From positions 74,028,001 to 74,092,000 of the forward strand of contig CM060731.1 of the NCBI GenBank assembly GCA_030704615.1: a DNA stretch of 64,000 nt. The letters are read 5' to 3'. Position 1 is the stretch's first letter. Every line of letters begins with the position of its first letter. The stretch comes from Takakia lepidozioides. Taxonomy: Eukaryota; Plantae; Bryophyta. The notes under the pieces were generated by a model. The model was not told where the DNA came from, did not search any database, and was given only the letters and a program-made list of their open reading frames with translations. The translations under genes and the position numbers were made by a program. This document shows, piece by piece, positions 63,184-64,000 of the stretch.

Positions 63184-64000
63184 GGGGCCTCAGCACTAAG
63201 TCCTAAGCGTAATGAAGATAGTGTCGTGGGCCCAGAACCGTGCCCGGAACCATGCCCGGGCTACGTCTCTTGCTGGCCTGAGTGCCACGTAGCTTCAAGT
63301 CCTACGCACATGGAGAAGAAACGGGGGCTGATCCGCTTGAAAACAGGGTGGATCTGCCTGTGATAGCGCTTCATCGCGCTGATAGGGGAATCAGCCCAAC
63401 GCGGTCGTACAACTTACAAGCGGGTCCGTCGGATAAAACTAGATGAATAAAAATAACTTTTTAGAAAATAAAAGTTATTTTCCATGTTAAAACAAATGTT
63501 ACTTTGCTTTTTGTCGTGCATGCATCATACTGAATAGTATGGATGTGCATGAAGTACACGACACAGAAGCTCCCCTACCTAAGCATGGAGAGGGAATCCA
63601 TGTTAGAGTTACTATTGGAAGGTCTTGAGAGCGATTACTCAATTCAATGTAATCAGCTACCGGTAATTGTTGGTGTGAGAAGACCACTTCAGATTGAAAA
63701 GATGAGTTTGCACGAGGTTAGACAAATCTCTGCCGAGTGAAGTTCCTCACAAAGACCCCTTCTCCACCTACAACTATGATCTTTTGTTTGCCTCCAAATT
63801 TCATCCGTACCTCTACCGCCCAATTGCAAGCTGATCAGTCTCAAGATCTTGGCAACGCTCTCCACAATTTGCAACAACAAATTTCAGAGTTAAAGGAGTC
63901 GAACAATGGATCTTCAACCATACGAGTCCCTACTGCAACAGCTCCTACTGCAACGGTTCCTCATCAACAGATTACGAGATAACCAAAGATCAGCATGCCC

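Noticed and set aside
63540-64000. Gag-like start of another retroelement
   Set aside because: Only a coiled-coil-like peptide is visible, cut off by the window edge; not enough evidence.

Overview
Eukaryotic plant genomic DNA. It looks like a non-seed land plant, probably a bryophyte or similar; this is inferred, not established. Six spliced host genes can be built exon by exon: a secreted glyoxal/galactose-oxidase (copper-radical oxidase), two oppositely oriented ceQORH-like quinone oxidoreductase paralogues, a plastid-type NAD(P)-binding Rossmann protein, MAK16 and a CDF-type Dof factor. There is also a truncated ATP23. The rest is nested transposon sequence: a tRNA-derived SINE, a Harbinger relic, chromovirus and other LTR fragments, and a 13.8-kb Ty3/gypsy element containing a 6-kb Pack-CACTA that carries PPR and PDF-motif gene pieces. 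Two observations stand out. (1) The Ty3/gypsy element has split terminal repeats (A ... B-ta-A-B) and an att-like CA|TA|TG palindrome where the polypurine tract should be. This layout is predicted if a DDE-integrase element integrates from a circular intermediate. The element also carries a degenerate dUTPase domain. (2) An RTE/RTEX-like LINE with no poly(A) tail and a 6-nt 3' trailer has inserted four times in front of TCTCT in CT-rich intron tracts, twice at exactly the same site, which points to sequence-specific targeting. All homology calls come from recognising motifs by eye; no searches were run.
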